Assembly (NCBI GenBank): GCA_050261575.1
Contig: JBLNDL010000017.1
Location: 1-58,760 of the forward strand
Direction: 5' to 3'
Source of the DNA: Sphingomonadaceae bacterium
GTDB taxonomy: Bacteria > Chloroflexota > UBA6077
Length of the DNA stretch: 58,760 nt
The notes beneath the pieces are model-generated. The model was not told the DNA's origin and did no database searches. It worked only from the letters and a program-made list of their open reading frames with translations. The stretch's first letter is position 1; each line of letters starts with the position of its first letter. This document shows, piece after piece, positions 17,489 to 26,740 of this stretch. Both the position numbers and the translations under genes were made by a program.

Positions 17489-18856
17489 ATGAGCACGAGA
17501 AGCGCTGACGTCGTCATAGTGGGCGGGGGAACGGCGGGGGTAGCCGCCGCCATTGCCGCCGCTCGCAACGGCGCCAAGACCCTAATCGTGGAGAAGAACG
17601 GATTCCTCGGGGGGACGGCTACCGCCGGTAACGTCTTCCACGGCTTCTTCGACTGCCGCGGGCGACAGGTCGTGAAGGGCATCGCCCAGGAGTTGGTGCA
17701 GCGCATGGTGGACGAGGGCGGGTCCCAGGGCCACCTCTGCGGCAGCAGGTGGGGCCCCGACGCCCCTGCGGATTTCGTCTACTGCCAGACCCCCTACGAC
17801 CTGGAGACGTTCAAGTACGTCGCCCTGAAGGTAGTGGAGGAGGCGGGGGTCGAGATGCTGCTCCACTCCTTCTTCGCCGGGTCCTATGTGGAGAACGACC
17901 GGCTGAGGCGGATCCAGATAGTGAACAAGTCGGGCCTCTCGGAGATCGAGGCCAAGGTGTTCGTCGACTGCAGCGGGGACGCGGACGTGGCCGCCGCGGC
18001 GGGGGTGCCGTACGAGTTCGGCCGGAGTGACGGGTTGGCCCAGAACGTCACGCTGCTGTTCACCGTTGCCGGCGTCGACTTCGACAGGGTGGTGGAGTAC
18101 TCGAAGGAGAACCTGCGCATCCGGACGTGGGGGGAGTGGCACAGCCGCGGTATGCGGGGTCGCAAGCTGGGCGAGGAGCAGGAGAGCTGGGTATCTCTGA
18201 GCGGGAAGATCAACGTAGAGCCCGACCCCAACAGCGGCAAGTTCCTCTCCTGCGGCTTCCGCTCGCTGAGGCCAGGCGAGCTACGGCTCAACGTCACCAG
18301 AACGGTGGGGATCGACGCCACCAGCGCAGAGGATCTAACCCGGGCGGAGGTTGAGGAGCGGAAGAACGTCTTCGAGATCGTGAAGAAGCTGCGACAGTTC
18401 GTGCCCGGCTTCGAGAAGGCATACCTGCACTCTACGGCCGTAGAGGTGGGCATAAGGGAAAGCCGAAGGATCCTCGGCGAGTACCAACTGACTGCGGAAG
18501 ATGTACTGGAAGGGAGGAGTTTTGAGGACGGAATAGCTAAGGGCGCCTACACCATGGATATCCACGATCCCAAGGGCGGGCACGTGGTGCACACCTTCAT
18601 CAAGGATGGCGGAAGCTACGACATCCCCTACAGATGTCTTGTCCCCCTGAAGGTGGACGGGCTTCTGGTCGCGGGTCGCTGCATCTCCGCCACTCACGAG
18701 GCCCTGGGATCGACTCGCCAGATGCCAACCTGTGTGGCCCTAGGCGAGGCTGCCGGCACCGCTGCCGCCCTGTCCGCCGCCGCGAAGGTCGAACCCAGGC
18801 GGCTGGACACTCGGCTGCTCAGGGAGACGCTCCTCCGCCAGGGAGCCTACGTCTAG
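17489..18856 (+). CDS. FAD-dependent oxidoreductase, paralog 2
   Basis: DVVIVGGGTAG, VDCSGDAD, GIRESRRI, YDIPYRCL, LLVAGRCIS. Confidence 0.92.
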   Translation: MSTRSADVVIVGGGTAGVAAAIAAARNGAKTLIVEKNGFLGGTATAGNVFHGFFDCRGRQVVKGIAQELVQRMVDEGGSQGHLCGSRWGPDAPADFVYCQTPYDLETFKYVALKVVEEAGVEMLLHSFFAGSYVENDRLRRIQIVNKSGLSEIEAKVFVDCSGDADVAAAAGVPYEFGRSDGLAQNVTLLFTVAGVDFDRVVEYSKENLRIRTWGEWHSRGMRGRKLGEEQESWVSLSGKINVEPDPNSGKFLSCGFRSLRPGELRLNVTRTVGIDATSAEDLTRAEVEERKNVFEIVKKLRQFVPGFEKAYLHSTAVEVGIRESRRILGEYQLTAEDVLEGRSFEDGIAKGAYTMDIHDPKGGHVVHTFIKDGGSYDIPYRCLVPLKVDGLLVAGRCISATHEALGSTRQMPTCVALGEAAGTAAALSAAAKVEPRRLDTRLLRETLLRQGAYV

Positions 18857-18975
18857 CCGGAGTTCGAACCGACCTGACGCCGGGGATTGTCGATCGCGCT
18901 CTCCCAATATGACGGGATCCATGCATCGCACGCACCCTTGGGACGGGTAATGATGGGAAATGAGGAGGTAGATCC

Positions 18976-19983
18976 GTGTTCCTTCCAAGATCTCTTGCAG
19001 GCCTGGGGAAGTCTCGCTCTCGGTCCGTCATCGTCCTCCTGCTCCTGGCAAGCCTGGCCGCCACCGTCCTGGTGGGATGTCAGACCGGGAGCAAACCCTA
19101 CCCCTCCAAGGAGATCAGCATAATCGTGCCCTTCGGCCCGGGTGGAACCAGCGACCTGACGGGCCGCTTCGTGGCAGATGCGCTCTCCAAGCAGTTGGGC
19201 CAGCCGGTTGTCGTGGTGAACAGGGAGGGCGCTGGCTCGGCCGTGGGCCTTCAGGAGCTGGCCTCCGCCAAGGCCGATGGATACACCATCGGTCTGGCTA
19301 CGTCCTCGCTGGTCACCAACAAGATCATCGGCCAGGCGAAGGTGGACTACACCCAACTGGCCCCGTTGGCGCAGATGCTCAACTCCCCGGGCTCCTTCGC
19401 CGTGAAGGCCGACTCCCCCTACAAGAACGTGAAGGAGCTCCTGGACGACGCCAAGGCCAGGCCGGACAAGGTGCGGGTGGGCAACACCGGCACCGGCGCC
19501 ACCTGGCACCTGATGTCCGTGATGATCGAGGACCTCACCGGCGCACAGCTACTGGACGTCCCATACGACGGCGGCTCCGCCATCGTGGCGGCGCTGCTGG
19601 GCGGGCACATCGAGGTCGGCGTACAGTCCGCCTCGGGCTTCGTCCCCAACGTGGAAGGCGGCAAGCTGCGATTCCTCGGGATCGCCGCGGACAAGCGCGA
19701 CCCCTCGATGCCCGACGTGCCGACCTTCAAGGAGCAGGGAGTGGATCTGTCCTACGGCCTGTGGAACGGGTTCTTCGCGCCGAAGGGAACCCCCGCCGAG
19801 GCGGTTAACAAGCTCTCCGAAGCGCTGGAGAAGATCGCGGAGAGTCCCGAGTTCGCGGACTTCGCCAAGAAGAACGGCTTCCAGTTGGACTACAAGAACC
19901 CCGACGGGTTCACCCAGTTGCTCAAGTCCGACACCGACCGGATCGAAAGCCTCGCGAAGAAGCATAACCTCACGACCAAGTAG
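18976..19983 (+). CDS. tctC: Tripartite tricarboxylate transporter substrate-binding lipoprotein
   Basis: LVGC lipobox, YPSKEISIIVPFGPGGTSD, ADGYTI, VPYDGG, PDVPTFKEQG. Confidence 0.93.
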   Translation: MFLPRSLAGLGKSRSRSVIVLLLLASLAATVLVGCQTGSKPYPSKEISIIVPFGPGGTSDLTGRFVADALSKQLGQPVVVVNREGAGSAVGLQELASAKADGYTIGLATSSLVTNKIIGQAKVDYTQLAPLAQMLNSPGSFAVKADSPYKNVKELLDDAKARPDKVRVGNTGTGATWHLMSVMIEDLTGAQLLDVPYDGGSAIVAALLGGHIEVGVQSASGFVPNVEGGKLRFLGIAADKRDPSMPDVPTFKEQGVDLSYGLWNGFFAPKGTPAEAVNKLSEALEKIAESPEFADFAKKNGFQLDYKNPDGFTQLLKSDTDRIESLAKKHNLTTK

Positions 19984-19989
19984 AGGCGT

Positions 19990-20015
19990 GGGCTCCGGGA
20001 TCGCTCCCGGAGCCC
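19990..20015 (+). terminator. Intercistronic stem-loop after tctC (likely stabiliser or partial terminator)
   Basis: GGGCTCCGGGA-TCGC-TCCCGGAGCCC, a perfect 11-bp stem with no U-tract. Confidence 0.55.
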
Positions 20016-20033
20016 CCAATTGGAGACGGTACC

Positions 20034-20486
20034 ATGTTCAGACGTGACCTGGCGCTCGGTGCCATCAGTCTGGCGATAGCCGCCGCGGTATGGTTGGAAA
20101 CCGCCGACTACCCCGTCCAGGCGGACATCAGTCGAGGGTTGGGCCCGGCGTTCTTCCCCCGACTGCTGGGTGCACTGATCGCCGTATTCGGCATAGTCAT
20201 CATCCTGAGTGCTCTTCGCGCTTCGAGGGATGCAGCCAGCCCGTTGCTGCCCAACGCCATGCCGGTTGCCCTGCTGGGGGTGATGGGAGCCTACAGCGTG
20301 CTGTTGGTACCGGTGGGCTTCGCCATCGCGACCCCTCTCTTCCTCCTGGCTGGCGCCACCATGCTGGGGCTTCGACTGCAGAAGGGGATACTCTTTGCCC
20401 TGGGGCTGACCGCGGCCACCTACTTGGTGTTCAAGGTGATGCTTGCGGTCCCGCTGCCGATGGGGGAACTGCTGGGAGGGCTGTGA
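20034..20486 (+). CDS. tctB: Tripartite tricarboxylate transporter small membrane subunit
   Basis: GPAFFP motif, 4-5 TM segments, C-terminal VFKVMLAVPLP. Lies between tctC and tctA. Confidence 0.9.
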   Translation: MFRRDLALGAISLAIAAAVWLETADYPVQADISRGLGPAFFPRLLGALIAVFGIVIILSALRASRDAASPLLPNAMPVALLGVMGAYSVLLVPVGFAIATPLFLLAGATMLGLRLQKGILFALGLTAATYLVFKVMLAVPLPMGELLGGL

Positions 20487-20487
20487 T

Positions 20488-22002
20488 ATGGAGATTCCCA
20501 GTCTCTACACCTCCGGCCTGCCCAGCGTGATGCAGCTTGAAGTGATCTTCATGCTGCTGCTCGGCACCGTCGTCGGCATCGTGATCGGTGCGCTGCCTGG
20601 GCTCACCGTCACCATGGGCGTCGCGCTGCTCACCCCGCTGACGTTCCGAATGGACACGACCGCCTCGTTCGCGCTGCTGCTGGGGGCCTACTGTGGAGGC
20701 ACGTACGGCGGATCCATCACCGCCATCCTGCTGAAGATCCCTGGGGCGCTACCGGCGGTGATGACAACCCTGGATGGGTACCCCATGGCCCAGCGTGGCG
20801 AGGCTGGCCGGGCCCTGGGGATAACCATAACCACCTCCGTGATCGGTGGGGTGATCAGCGCCCTCGTGCTGGCGCTGATGGCGCCCCCGCTCGCGGATCT
20901 GGCCGTTCGGTTCAGCGCCCAGGAGTACCTGGCTGTCGCGTTCTTCGCCCTGAGCGTCATCGCCTACATCAGCCAGGAACACATGGTCAAGGGATTCCTG
21001 GCCGGCGCCCTCGGGCTGCTGCTCTCGACCATCGGCACGGACCCCAACGCAGGCTACCCACGCTTCACCGCGGACATCTCGGAGCTGGTGAGCGGCGTCC
21101 AGTTGGTGCCGTTGATGATCGGCCTCTTCGGGCTGGCCGAGGTGCTCACAAGCGTGGAGAAGCCGATATCCGAGATTCAGGTGATCAAGCAGCTCGGCAA
21201 GATCCTGCCTAGCTGGAAGGAGCTCCGGTCGCTGGCCCCCAGCATCGTACGCGGCTCCATAATCGGCGTATTCATCGGTATCCTGCCCGCAGCCGGCTCC
21301 TCCATCGCATCTATCGTCTCCTACGGCGTGGAGAAGAGGGTGTCCAAGCACCCCGAGAAGTTCGGAACCGGCATCCCAGAGGGGATCGCCGCGCCCGAAA
21401 CCGCCAACAACGCCTCCACCGGCGGCGACATGGTGCCGACCCTCTCCCTGGGCATCCCGGGTAGCTCCTCCACGGCCATCCTGATGGGGGCGCTGCTTCT
21501 TCACGGCCTGCAGCCGGGCCCAACCCTCTTCACCGAGCACGAGGAGGTGGTCTCAGCTATCTTCATCCTGATGCTGCTTGCCAATCTCTCCTTCTTCTTC
21601 CTGGGGCTGATCGGGGCCAACGTCTTCACCAAGGCGATCGACGCACCGCCCCCCATGCTCATCCCGGCCATCGGAATGCTGTGCATTATCGGCTCCTATG
21701 CCATCCGGAACAGCCTGTTCGACGTTGTGGTGATGATCGCCGCCGGGGTCCTCGGCTACTTCATGCGGAAGGTGAGAGTACCGAGCGCGCCCCTGGTGCT
21801 GGGTCTGATCCTTGGCCCCATGGTGGAAAGCAACCTGCAGCGGGTGATGATGCTCTCCTACGGGGACGTCGGATCGATGTTCAACCGCCCCATCAGCGCT
21901 GGCTTCCTCGCCGTGACGGTCATCTTCCTGATCAGCCCCTGGCTGGTGGGCAAGCTGGTCAACCGACAGCAGCGGGAGCAGTTCGCCAACGACGATGATT
22001 AA
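20488..22002 (+). CDS. tctA: Tripartite tricarboxylate transporter large permease subunit
   Basis: GALPGL, YGGSITAILLKIPG, TTLDGYPMA, APETANNA, PTLSLGIPGS. Confidence 0.95.
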   Translation: MEIPSLYTSGLPSVMQLEVIFMLLLGTVVGIVIGALPGLTVTMGVALLTPLTFRMDTTASFALLLGAYCGGTYGGSITAILLKIPGALPAVMTTLDGYPMAQRGEAGRALGITITTSVIGGVISALVLALMAPPLADLAVRFSAQEYLAVAFFALSVIAYISQEHMVKGFLAGALGLLLSTIGTDPNAGYPRFTADISELVSGVQLVPLMIGLFGLAEVLTSVEKPISEIQVIKQLGKILPSWKELRSLAPSIVRGSIIGVFIGILPAAGSSIASIVSYGVEKRVSKHPEKFGTGIPEGIAAPETANNASTGGDMVPTLSLGIPGSSSTAILMGALLLHGLQPGPTLFTEHEEVVSAIFILMLLANLSFFFLGLIGANVFTKAIDAPPPMLIPAIGMLCIIGSYAIRNSLFDVVVMIAAGVLGYFMRKVRVPSAPLVLGLILGPMVESNLQRVMMLSYGDVGSMFNRPISAGFLAVTVIFLISPWLVGKLVNRQQREQFANDDD

Positions 22003-22041
22003 GGCAACCCTCACATAGGTTTCTATGAAGGAGGCCCTACC

Positions 22042-23496
22042 TTGCGCGGAACCGTCCTGACAGATGGAACGATCGTAGAGGAACGTCGAGAACTGCCTGT
22101 TACCCGAGAGGTCGACGTCCTCGTGGCCGGTGGAGGCACTGCCGGTCTAGTAGCCGCCGTCGCTGCCGCCCGCCGCGGCGCCCGCACCCTGCTGGTGGAG
22201 CGAAACGGCTTCATGGGCGGCGCCATCACCGCGGCCATGATGGCGCAGATCTCGGCCGGCGCCGTGGCGATCACCGGCATCGGCCGGGAGATCGTGGACA
22301 GGCTCAACGCCATGGGCGGCGTGGAGGGCAGCTTCCTCATTCCCATCGACCCGGAGGCGTTCAAGCTGATCGCTCTGGAGATGCTGAACGAGGTGGGGGC
22401 CGAGACGCTGCTGTACACCTCGGTGGTCGGCACCCTGCTCCAGGGCAACCGGGTCCATGGGGTGATCGTGGAGAACAAGTCGGGTAGGCAGGCCATTCGG
22501 GCCAAGGTGACCATAGACGCCACCGGGGACGGTGACGTATGCGCCTGGGCGGGCGCCCCGATCGTCAAGGGGCGGGAGTCCGACGGCAAGATGCGGCCCG
22601 TCAGCATCATATTCAAGATGGCGGGGGTAGATATCCCCGGCATGGTCCGATACGCCCGGGAGCACCCGGAGCAGTTCGCTCCCGATCCCAAGTACCACAT
22701 CGTGGACCTGGAGCACGGGCTGGTTCGGATGGTGGGGTACTTCGACCTGGTGGAGAAGGCGAAGCAGAACGGGGAGCTGTTCCCCGATTGCCACTACATC
22801 CGGGTCGAGGGCGTCATCGTGGAGCGTGGGACAGTGCTGATCAACGCCACGCGGGTCTACGGAGTGGATGCCACGGATGCCGCCCAGATCTCCAGGGCAG
22901 AACTGGAAGCCCGCCGACAGGCGTTTCAGGTGGCGGCCTTCATGCGAAACTACGTCCCTGGCTTCGAGAAAGCCTATCTCGCCGAGACGGCCAGCTCCCT
23001 GGGGATAAGGGAGACGCGGCACGTCATCGGTGACTACCTCCTCGCCGAAGAGGACATCCTGAACGACGTGTCCTTCCCGGACGCCGTGGTGCGCAGCTTC
23101 AAACGGCAGCTCCCGGGGGAGCCTTCCCACAGCCCGGACGCCGGCGAGGGCGCGGCCACCGACCCCAGCGCCCGCTCCGCCATCGCCCCGGTCCTGGGCT
23201 TCAGCATCCCCTACCGAAGCTTCCTGCCCAGGGGGCTGGAAGGGATCCTGGTGACGGGGCGGTGCATCTCACAGACCCACAAGGCGGACGGCTACACCCG
23301 CCTCCAGTCAACCGTCTGGGCGATGGGCGAGGCGGTGGGGGTGGCCGCCGCCCTGGCAGTCCGCGAGGGGGCATCGCCCCGCCAGATGCTGGACAGGGTC
23401 TCGTCGATTCGGGAAGCCCTCGCCTCCCAGGGTTTCGGACTGACTGACGAAGACTTCCCGAAGGTCATGGCAGCTAGGAAGGCAGGGATCGCATGA
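22042..23496 (+). CDS. FAD-dependent oxidoreductase, paralog 3
   Basis: DVLVAGGGTAG, IDATGDGD, GIRETRHV, IPYRSF, LVTGRCIS. GAAGGAGG SD before TTG. Confidence 0.92.
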   Translation: MRGTVLTDGTIVEERRELPVTREVDVLVAGGGTAGLVAAVAAARRGARTLLVERNGFMGGAITAAMMAQISAGAVAITGIGREIVDRLNAMGGVEGSFLIPIDPEAFKLIALEMLNEVGAETLLYTSVVGTLLQGNRVHGVIVENKSGRQAIRAKVTIDATGDGDVCAWAGAPIVKGRESDGKMRPVSIIFKMAGVDIPGMVRYAREHPEQFAPDPKYHIVDLEHGLVRMVGYFDLVEKAKQNGELFPDCHYIRVEGVIVERGTVLINATRVYGVDATDAAQISRAELEARRQAFQVAAFMRNYVPGFEKAYLAETASSLGIRETRHVIGDYLLAEEDILNDVSFPDAVVRSFKRQLPGEPSHSPDAGEGAATDPSARSAIAPVLGFSIPYRSFLPRGLEGILVTGRCISQTHKADGYTRLQSTVWAMGEAVGVAAALAVREGASPRQMLDRVSSIREALASQGFGLTDEDFPKVMAARKAGIA

Positions 23497-24377
23497 GACT
23501 GGGGTTCGTGGGGCTCGGGGCGATGGGTGAGCCGATGTCCCGAAACCTCCTGAGGGCCGGACACGAGCTCACCGTGTACAACAGATCCACCCCAGCGCGG
23601 GAACGGGCTCGTGAGGCAGGGGCGATAGTGGTGGAGACGCCGCAAGCGGTGGCGGAGGCCAGCGAGGTAGTGTTCAGTTGTATCGCCACGCCCTCTGCGG
23701 TGGAGGAGGTCTATCTGGGACCGAAGGGGCTGAGGGCGGGGAGCCGACCCGGCCATCTGTTCGTGGATCTGAGCAGCATCACCCCATCCCTGGCCCGAGA
23801 GCTCTCAGACCGGCTGAAGGAGACGGGCGCCTCGTTCGTGGATGCTCCCGTCAGCGGAGGCACCCACGGCGCCCGGGCGGGCACCCTCACTATCATGGCG
23901 GGGGCGGACCCCGCCGACCTTCAGCGGGCTGAGCCACTGCTGAGAGCGATAGGACGCAAGATCTACCACGTCGGCCCGGTGGGGGCCGGCAGCACCGCCA
24001 AGATCCTGAACCAGTTGCTGGTCGGGGTGAACACCCTGGCAGCCATGGAGATGGCGCTGCTGAGTCAGCGCTCAGGGGTTGACCCCTCGATGCTGGAGGA
24101 GATCATCACCAACAGCACCGGGTACAGCCGCGTCTTCGAGAGCCGCTTCCCCAAGGCGATGGCCCGGGACTACTCCCTCGGCTTCGCCGTCGATCTCATG
24201 AGCAAGGATCTCAGGCTGGTGAAGGCCATGGCAGAGGATCTGGGGGTGGCGACACCCCTGGCATCGCTGGCCCTGTCGGTTTACGAGAGCGCCAGCGCCC
24301 TCGGCTTCGGCCGAAAGGACACCACCGCCGCCATCGAGGCGCTGGAACGGCAGTCACCCTTCAAAGGCTCGTCGTAG
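23493..24377 (+). CDS. Beta-hydroxyacid dehydrogenase (3-hydroxyisobutyrate dehydrogenase/GarR family)
   Basis: GFVGLGAMG, FVDAPVSGG, GSTAKILNQ, KDLRL. ATGA overlap with the upstream gene. Confidence 0.93.
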   Translation: MRLGFVGLGAMGEPMSRNLLRAGHELTVYNRSTPARERAREAGAIVVETPQAVAEASEVVFSCIATPSAVEEVYLGPKGLRAGSRPGHLFVDLSSITPSLARELSDRLKETGASFVDAPVSGGTHGARAGTLTIMAGADPADLQRAEPLLRAIGRKIYHVGPVGAGSTAKILNQLLVGVNTLAAMEMALLSQRSGVDPSMLEEIITNSTGYSRVFESRFPKAMARDYSLGFAVDLMSKDLRLVKAMAEDLGVATPLASLALSVYESASALGFGRKDTTAAIEALERQSPFKGSS

Positions 24378-24385
24378 GGCCGACC

Positions 24386-24470
24386 CTGGGAGCGCGGACG
24401 ACATACTCCCTCTCCCAGAGGGAGAGGGTCGGGGTGAGGGTCCTCTGGGAGCGCGGGCGTCTCGCCCGCC
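24386..24470. repeat. CCCTCACCCC/CCCTCTCCC palindromic element nested between two CTGGGAGCGCGG copies
   Basis: ACTCCCTCTCCC-AGA-GGGAGAGGGTCGGGGTGAGGG at 24405-24440. The 12-mer CTGGGAGCGCGG is at 24386 and 24445. Confidence 0.75.
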
Positions 24471-24547
24471 CGGTCCCCGGCGACAGGCGAGCCTCTCGCC
24501 CGTCGCCCGCTAACCGCCGCTACCCTGCTCAATCTCAGGAGGTCAAG

Positions 24548-25006
24548 ATGCATCTGATTGTCGCCGCCGACCACTCGGGATTCCATCTCAAGGATCCGAT
24601 CATCCACGCCCTGCGCTCCTGGGGCCACGAGGTGCTCGACGTGGGCACCTTCGCCCCCCAGCCCCGCGTGGACTTCCCCGACCTGGCGGAGAAGGTGTGC
24701 CCCCCGATACTCTCGGGCGAGGTAGATCGAGGGATCATGGTGTGCGGCTCGGGCATCGGGGCCTGCATCGCCGCGAACAAGTTTGCCGGCATTCGGGCCG
24801 GGGTGTGCCACGACATCTACTCCGCCCACCAGAGCGTGGAGCACGACAACGCCAACGTCCTCTGCCTGGGGGCCCAGATCGTGGGGGAGAAGCTCGCCTA
24901 CGAACTGCTCAGGGCGTTCGTCGACGCCCGCTTCACCGAGGAGGAGTACTTCCGGCAACGCGACGCGAAGTTGGCGGCGCTGGAGAGGCGGCTGCTGGAA
25001 AGATGA
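24548..25006 (+). CDS. rpiB: Ribose-5-phosphate isomerase B family protein
   Basis: AADHSGF, VDFPD, CGSGIG, AANKFAGIRA, HDNANVLCLG. Confidence 0.93.
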   Translation: MHLIVAADHSGFHLKDPIIHALRSWGHEVLDVGTFAPQPRVDFPDLAEKVCPPILSGEVDRGIMVCGSGIGACIAANKFAGIRAGVCHDIYSAHQSVEHDNANVLCLGAQIVGEKLAYELLRAFVDARFTEEEYFRQRDAKLAALERRLLER

Positions 25007-25124
25007 TCGCTTACAGCCATCCAGCGTTGCCGGGACGCCATTCGATGGAAACGGCGCCGAAACGTCTGTCTCGGCGCCCTGTAGGAAACCGGTCGATTCT
25101 CTTCCCGAGGCCGGATCGCGCCTC

Positions 25125-26675
25125 TCAGTGCTTGAAGTGCCGCCGGTAGGTGAAGATCATCGCCATCTGGGCCGCGTTGGCCGCCCGGATCACGTCCTGG
25201 TCGCGGACCGAACCGCCAGGCTGGATCACCGCCGTCACCCCGGCGTCCGCGGCCGCCTCTATGCCGTCGGGGAAGGGGAAGAAGGCGTCCGAGGCCATCA
25301 CGCTCCCCTTAGCCCGCTCTCCTGCCTTCTTGATCGCCAGCTCCACGGAGTCCACCCGGCTCATCTGCCCCGCGCCGACGCCCACCACCGAGAGCTTCCT
25401 CGCCAGCACGATGGCGTTCGATCGGACGTGCTTGACCGCGTGCCAGGCGAACAGCAGATCGGTCAGCTCCTCCAGCGTGGGCTCGCGCTTGGTCACCACG
25501 TCGCGGGGGAAAGAGTCCTCCCCGTTGCGATCCCTCTCCTGCGCGAGGAAGCCGCCCAGGATCCGCTTGAAGTCCAGGGCAGGTATGCCGGCCACCTCCT
25601 GGCGCCTCGCGTCCCAGTTCTCCCCTACGGCCATCACCCGCAGGTCGCGTCGGGACCGCAGGATCTCCAGCGCCCCCTCGGTGTAGCCGGGCGCGATCAG
25701 ATCCTCGAAGAACACCTGGGAGATCTCCTGGGCCGTGGCCTCGTCCACTATCCGGTTCACCCCCACGGCGCCACCGAAGGCCGACTTGGGATCGGTGGCC
25801 AGCGCCCGACGGAACGCCTCGCTCACCGTTCCAGCGCAGGCGAGCCCGCAGGGGTTGCCGTGCTTCACGATCGTCACGGCCGGGGCGGTGAAATCGGTCA
25901 CGATGGACCACGCCGCGTCCAGATCGAAGCTGTTGTTGAAGGAGAGCTGCTTCCCGTGCAACTGTCTGGCCGTGGCGACCCCGGGGGGCAGGGTACGACT
26001 GGTGGCATCCACGTAGAAGGCCGCCGCCTGGTGGGGGTTCTCACCGTAGCGCAGCTCCTGCACCAGCTTCAGCGGAACAGTCAACTCCTCAGGGAAGAGC
26101 ACCCCCTCGGGGCGGAGGTAGTTGGCGATCTGGGAATCGTAGAACGCGGTGTGCTCGAATGCCTTCGCGGCGAGCCTTCGCCTGGTGACCCCGGACACCC
26201 CGGCCTCGCCGCGCAACTCGCTCAGCACGCCCGGGTAATCCGCCGGATCCACCACCACCACGACGTCCTCGTAGTTCTTCGCCGCCGCCCGGAGGAGCGT
26301 AGGGCCTCCGATGTCGATCATCTCCAGCACTTCGTCCAGCCGGCCGGTCCGGCGGGCCGTCTCGGCGAACGGGTAGAGGTTGACCACCACCATATCCACC
26401 GGCTGGATGTTGTGCCGCCTCAGCTCCTCCATGTGCAGAGGGACGCTTCGCCGCGCCAGAATCCCGCCGTGGATCGCCGGATGGAGCGTCTTGACCCGCC
26501 CTTCGAGGATCTCGGGCGACCCCGTCACGTCGCTCACGGCGGTGACCGGCACGCCGGCATCGGAGAGGACGGCCTGGGTGCCGCCGGTGGACAGGATCTC
26601 CACTCCCAAGGCGTTCAGGGCGCGGGCAAAGTCCACTATCCCTGTCTTGTCGTATACACTGATGATGGCTCGCAC
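25125..26675 (-). CDS. purH: Bifunctional AICAR formyltransferase/IMP cyclohydrolase
   Basis: AIISVYDKTG, GRVKTLHP, IDIGGP, LRYGENPHQ, KHGNPCG, SDAFFPF, RHFKH. Confidence 0.98.
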   Translation of the reverse strand: MRAIISVYDKTGIVDFARALNALGVEILSTGGTQAVLSDAGVPVTAVSDVTGSPEILEGRVKTLHPAIHGGILARRSVPLHMEELRRHNIQPVDMVVVNLYPFAETARRTGRLDEVLEMIDIGGPTLLRAAAKNYEDVVVVVDPADYPGVLSELRGEAGVSGVTRRRLAAKAFEHTAFYDSQIANYLRPEGVLFPEELTVPLKLVQELRYGENPHQAAAFYVDATSRTLPPGVATARQLHGKQLSFNNSFDLDAAWSIVTDFTAPAVTIVKHGNPCGLACAGTVSEAFRRALATDPKSAFGGAVGVNRIVDEATAQEISQVFFEDLIAPGYTEGALEILRSRRDLRVMAVGENWDARRQEVAGIPALDFKRILGGFLAQERDRNGEDSFPRDVVTKREPTLEELTDLLFAWHAVKHVRSNAIVLARKLSVVGVGAGQMSRVDSVELAIKKAGERAKGSVMASDAFFPFPDGIEAAADAGVTAVIQPGGSVRDQDVIRAANAAQMAMIFTYRRHFKH

Positions 26676-26688
26676 GGATTCCTCCTCC

Positions 26689-26740
26689 GAGGGGTTAAGG
26701 GCTGGAGGTGAGCGGGCTCACCTCCAGCCCTTAACCCCTC
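26689..26740. repeat. Perfect 25-bp inverted repeat directly upstream of the purH SD
   Basis: GAGGGGTTAAGGGCTGGAGGTGAGC-GG-GCTCACCTCCAGCCCTTAACCCCTC. Confidence 0.9.

Noticed and set aside
24783..26711. 642-aa plus-strand ORF and many similar long antisense ORFs
   Set aside because: Shadow ORFs opposite well-supported genes (here purH), expected from high GC3 codon bias. No recognisable motifs.
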